Positions 36,051 to 38,349 of a DNA stretch of 38,349 nucleotides are shown here, piece after piece. The notes below the pieces were generated by a model. That model saw only the letters and a list, made by a program, of their open reading frames with translations, had not been told where the DNA came from and ran no database searches. The stretch is from Oceanococcaceae bacterium. GTDB taxonomy: Bacteria; Pseudomonadota; Gammaproteobacteria; Nevskiales; Oceanococcaceae. The stretch is from assembly GCA_039768115.1 (NCBI GenBank), contig JBDNBC010000228.1, positions 1-38,349 on the forward strand, written 5' to 3'. Each line of letters starts with the position of its first letter. Positions within the stretch are counted from its first letter, which is position 1. The position numbers and the translations under genes are program-made.

Positions 36051-36431
36051 ATGAATCCGCTTCGTACCATCCTTGTCGATGACCATGCCGACTTTCGGCG
36101 TCTGGCCCAGGCCCTGCTCAGCGAAATTGACTGCGTGGAGCTGGTCGCCATGGGCGCAGACGGGGAAGAGGCCGTGCGTCTGTGCGAACAGCACCGGCCC
36201 GACCTGCTGCTGTGCGATATCGCGATGCCGAAGATGGGCGGCATTCAGGCCACGCGCCTGATCAAGGCCCAGGATCAACCGCCGATCATCGCGCTGGTCA
36301 GCGTGTACGGCGACGCTGAACACCGGGCACACGCCCAGGCGGCCGGTGCCGATTACTTCATAAACAAGGTGGATTTTCTCCCCTCGGTTGCCGATGTGGT
36401 GGACAAGGTGCAGGAGCAGAAACATGCCTGA
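36051..36431 (+). CDS. Single-domain response regulator (receiver only; VemR/CheY-like)
   Basis: Complete REC signature: acidic pocket ILVDDH, phospho-acceptor LLLCDIAMPKMGG, conserved S (ALVSVYG) and K (FINKVD). There is no output domain. GAGGAG RBS. Located between rpoN and fleQ, as vemR is in Xanthomonas. Confidence 0.85.
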   Translation: MNPLRTILVDDHADFRRLAQALLSEIDCVELVAMGADGEEAVRLCEQHRPDLLLCDIAMPKMGGIQATRLIKAQDQPPIIALVSVYGDAEHRAHAQAAGADYFINKVDFLPSVADVVDKVQEQKHA

Positions 36432-37818
36432 GTCGCGCGTATTGATCCTCGACCAGGACGTAGAACGCGGTCGTGAGATGACGGCGATCCTCAACTTTCT
36501 GGACTTCGCGCCCCGTCCCTATACATCGCTTGAAGCCGTTGTGGAGGAAGGTTTACGGCCGCGGGACTTCCTCGCCATTGTGCTGGGACGTACGCCGCTC
36601 GGCGGTAGTCATGATGTGAGTACCTGGGTTCGTAAGGACCCGCAGCATGCACCGATGCTGTTGATGCCCGAGCACGGCGACGACACGCTCGGGCTGGACC
36701 CGGCGGACGTGTGGCATCTGGCCTTCCCGATGCAGCAATCCCAACTCACCGAAATCTTGCGCCGGGTCAGCATCCGGCTGCTTAATGCCGAAGTAGAGTC
36801 CCCGGCGTCGCTGACCGGCCCGACGGGTGATGCGCCGGCGGTCATCCGCGTACGGCACATGATCGCGCAGGTGTCGGGATACGACACCTCTGTACTGATT
36901 ACCGGTGAGTCGGGTACCGGCAAGGAAGTGGTGGCGCGAGCCATTCACGCCCAGTCGTCGCGTCGAGCCATGCCGTTCGTGGCGGTCAACTGCGGCGCGA
37001 TTCCTGCGGACCTGCTCGAAAGCGAGCTGTTCGGCCATGAAAAGGGCGCGTTTACCGGCGCGATCAGCACCCGTCAGGGACGCTTTGAAATGGCCGAGGG
37101 CGGCACGCTGTTTCTTGATGAAATCGGTGACATGAGCCTGCCGATGCAGGTCAAACTGCTGCGCGTGTTGCAGGAACGTAACTTCGAGCGCGTGGGTAGC
37201 AACCAGACGCGACACTGCGACGTGCGCATCATTGCGGCCACCCATCGCGACCTGGAAGAACGTATCGCCGACGGCAAGTTTCGCGAGGATCTCTACTACC
37301 GTTTGAATGTTTTCCCCATCGAGACCCCGGCCCTGCGCGAGCGCACCGAGGATTTGCCCGCGCTGGTAACGGAATTCGCCCAGATGAATGCCGAAAAAGG
37401 GCGAGGACAGGTCCGCCTGGACCGGGGGGCTGTGCAGGCGCTGCAGTGCTACGCCTGGCCCGGCAACGTCCGCGAGCTCTCGAATCTGATTGAGCGCCTG
37501 TCGGTTCTGCACCCCAATACCGCCATCGGCGTGGACATGCTGCCCGAACGATATCGCCCGCGGCCCGGGCGGCGACCGCTGGAAGCTGAGCCGGCAGACA
37601 ATGCCGGTGGCCTGAGCACCCGCTTCGTGCTGCCGAAAGAGGGCATTGATCTGCGTGCACACATCCAGACCGTCGAGACCGGGCTGATCCGCCAGGCCCT
37701 GGCCCAGGCCGATGGCGTGGTGGCCCATGCCGCGGAGCTGCTCGGTTTACGGCGAACCACACTGGTGGAAAAGCTGCGTAAGTACAACCTGCACAAAACC
37801 GCGGAGACGGAGATCTGA
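36424..37818 (+). CDS. fleQ: Sigma-54-dependent flagellar master regulator FleQ
   Basis: FleQ-type N-terminal pseudo-receiver with no Asp at the acceptor position (FLAIVLGRT). AAA+ core with [21 protein letters not shown] and RVGSNQ. C-terminal [22 protein letters not shown]. The ATG at 36424 overlaps the upstream stop by 8 nt. Confidence 0.9.
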   Translation: MPESRVLILDQDVERGREMTAILNFLDFAPRPYTSLEAVVEEGLRPRDFLAIVLGRTPLGGSHDVSTWVRKDPQHAPMLLMPEHGDDTLGLDPADVWHLAFPMQQSQLTEILRRVSIRLLNAEVESPASLTGPTGDAPAVIRVRHMIAQVSGYDTSVLITGESGTGKEVVARAIHAQSSRRAMPFVAVNCGAIPADLLESELFGHEKGAFTGAISTRQGRFEMAEGGTLFLDEIGDMSLPMQVKLLRVLQERNFERVGSNQTRHCDVRIIAATHRDLEERIADGKFREDLYYRLNVFPIETPALRERTEDLPALVTEFAQMNAEKGRGQVRLDRGAVQALQCYAWPGNVRELSNLIERLSVLHPNTAIGVDMLPERYRPRPGRRPLEAEPADNAGGLSTRFVLPKEGIDLRAHIQTVETGLIRQALAQADGVVAHAAELLGLRRTTLVEKLRKYNLHKTAETEI

Positions 37819-37857
37819 CGATCTCTTGACCCCTTTTTCACATGGGCCGTGATGTCA

Positions 37858-37873
37858 TGGCATCGCAAGTGCA
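37858..37873 (+). promoter_or_regulatory. Sigma-54-like site upstream of fliE (geometry problematic)
   Basis: TGGCATCGCAAGTGCA has correct GG-N10-GC spacing. The predicted start site (~37884) is only about 5 nt before the fliE ATG and downstream of the GAGGA Shine-Dalgarno. Confidence 0.35.
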
Positions 37874-37888
37874 TGAGGACAATCTGAC

Positions 37889-38221
37889 ATGAGCATTCAA
37901 GGTGTTGGCGTCGACAGCGTCCTGTCGCAAATGCGGGCCCTGCAAGCCCGCAGCGGTGATCTGAGCGCGTCGAAAGCGGCGCAGACAGAAGCGCCGACGA
38001 CAAGTTTTGCAGACACCCTTGGCTCGGCCATCAACTCCGTCAACAGCACACAGAAGTCGGCCGAATCGCTGAGCAGCGCCTTTGTCAAAGGCTCGCGCGA
38101 CGTCGAGCTGGCCGATGTGATGCTCGCACTGAACAAGGCTGATGTGTCCTTCAAAACCCTGGCCGAGGTCCGCAACCGCATGGTGTCGGCCTATCAGGAC
38201 ATCATGAACATGCCGGTCTGA
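37889..38221 (+). CDS. fliE: Flagellar hook-basal body complex protein FliE
   Basis: MSIQGVGVDSVLSQMRALQ... matches the FliE N-terminus. The C-terminus is DVMLALNKADVSFKTLAEVRNRMVSAYQDIMNMPV. Confidence 0.9.
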   Translation: MSIQGVGVDSVLSQMRALQARSGDLSASKAAQTEAPTTSFADTLGSAINSVNSTQKSAESLSSAFVKGSRDVELADVMLALNKADVSFKTLAEVRNRMVSAYQDIMNMPV

Positions 38222-38249
38222 CCGTCAGCGTAAGGAAGAGCCATAACTG

Positions 38250-38349
38250 ATGGACATCGCGACCACCACAACCAAGGCGAGCGGCGCCACGACCGGGCCC
38301 GCCATGGCTACGGCGGCCCCCAGCCTGGCGGTCACCGTGCGCCGAGTGA
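38250..38349 (+). CDS. fliF: Flagellar M-ring protein FliF, N-terminal fragment (runs off the 3' edge)
   Basis: ATG at 38250 preceded by AAGGAAGAG, directly after fliE (conserved fliE-fliF order). Only 33 codons are visible, so the call is by synteny. Confidence 0.5.
   Translation, partial: MDIATTTTKASGATTGPAMATAAPSLAVTVRRV

Noticed and set aside
35271-37728. Long minus-strand ORFs (35271-36494 and 36553-37728) opposite rpoN and fleQ
   Set aside because: They are shadow ORFs with Arg/Gly/His-rich composition and no recognisable domains, and the plus strand carries complete sigma-54 and FleQ signatures. The same reasoning applies to 16757-17974 (opposite cheV), 186-1118 (opposite cysM), 3580-4467 (opposite nagZ), 12182-13489 and 13402-14691 (opposite mfd and aroF), and 24335-25120, 25382-26182 and 27062-27856 (opposite flgJ, flgK and flgL).
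1-38349. Search by eye for CRISPR repeats, tRNA/rRNA, IS elements, integrases, toxin-antitoxin or defence-type genes, and GC-skewed islands
   Set aside because: Nothing was found. Every intergenic gap is under 270 nt and is explained by promoters and terminators. There are no repeat-spacer periodicity, no transposase, integrase or nuclease-helicase ORFs, and no low-GC island apart from the ~50-nt A/T-rich tract upstream of the fliC2 promoter.

Overview
High-GC (~65%) gammaproteobacterial chromosomal segment with very little non-coding DNA. Positions 1-14.6 kb are housekeeping genes: an MFS fragment, cysM, an unassigned 194-aa ORF, rlmD, an L,D-transpeptidase, nagZ, hpt, a methylthio-nucleoside phosphorylase and modABC. 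On the minus strand follows a chain of overlapping genes: DAHP synthase, mfd, a CsiV-like protein and a lipoprotein. From 14.6 kb to the end is a polar-flagellum cluster of the Pseudomonas/Xanthomonas/Vibrio type, with a sigma-54/sigma-28 hierarchy. It contains a DUF2802-like gene, flgN-flgM-flgA (minus strand), cheV-flgBCDEFGHIJKL and fliC-flaG-fliD-fliS. These are followed by a second fliC-flaG cassette and a sigma-28-driven bicistron (a divergent FliS-like ORF plus an unassigned 177-aa ORF). The cluster ends with rpoN (flagellar-paralogue type), a single-domain response regulator, fleQ, fliE and the start of fliF. From intergenic DNA I could read six sigma-28 promoters of identical geometry, six sigma-54-type -24/-12 candidates, three intrinsic terminators and a conserved post-flagellin hairpin. 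I see no CRISPR array, tRNA/rRNA, transposase/integrase, phage or recognisable defence genes. This is a largely conventional core region. Four things depart from the standard picture: (i) the duplicated flagellin cassette, in which only fliC is kept near-identical; (ii) the sigma-28 bicistron at 33481-34452, of unassigned function; (iii) a near-consensus sigma-54 promoter in front of rpoN itself; (iv) an ORF wedged between cysM and rlmD that looks like a catalytically degenerate exonuclease-fold protein. All functional calls come from reading the translated ORFs and recalling motifs and families, not from database searches.
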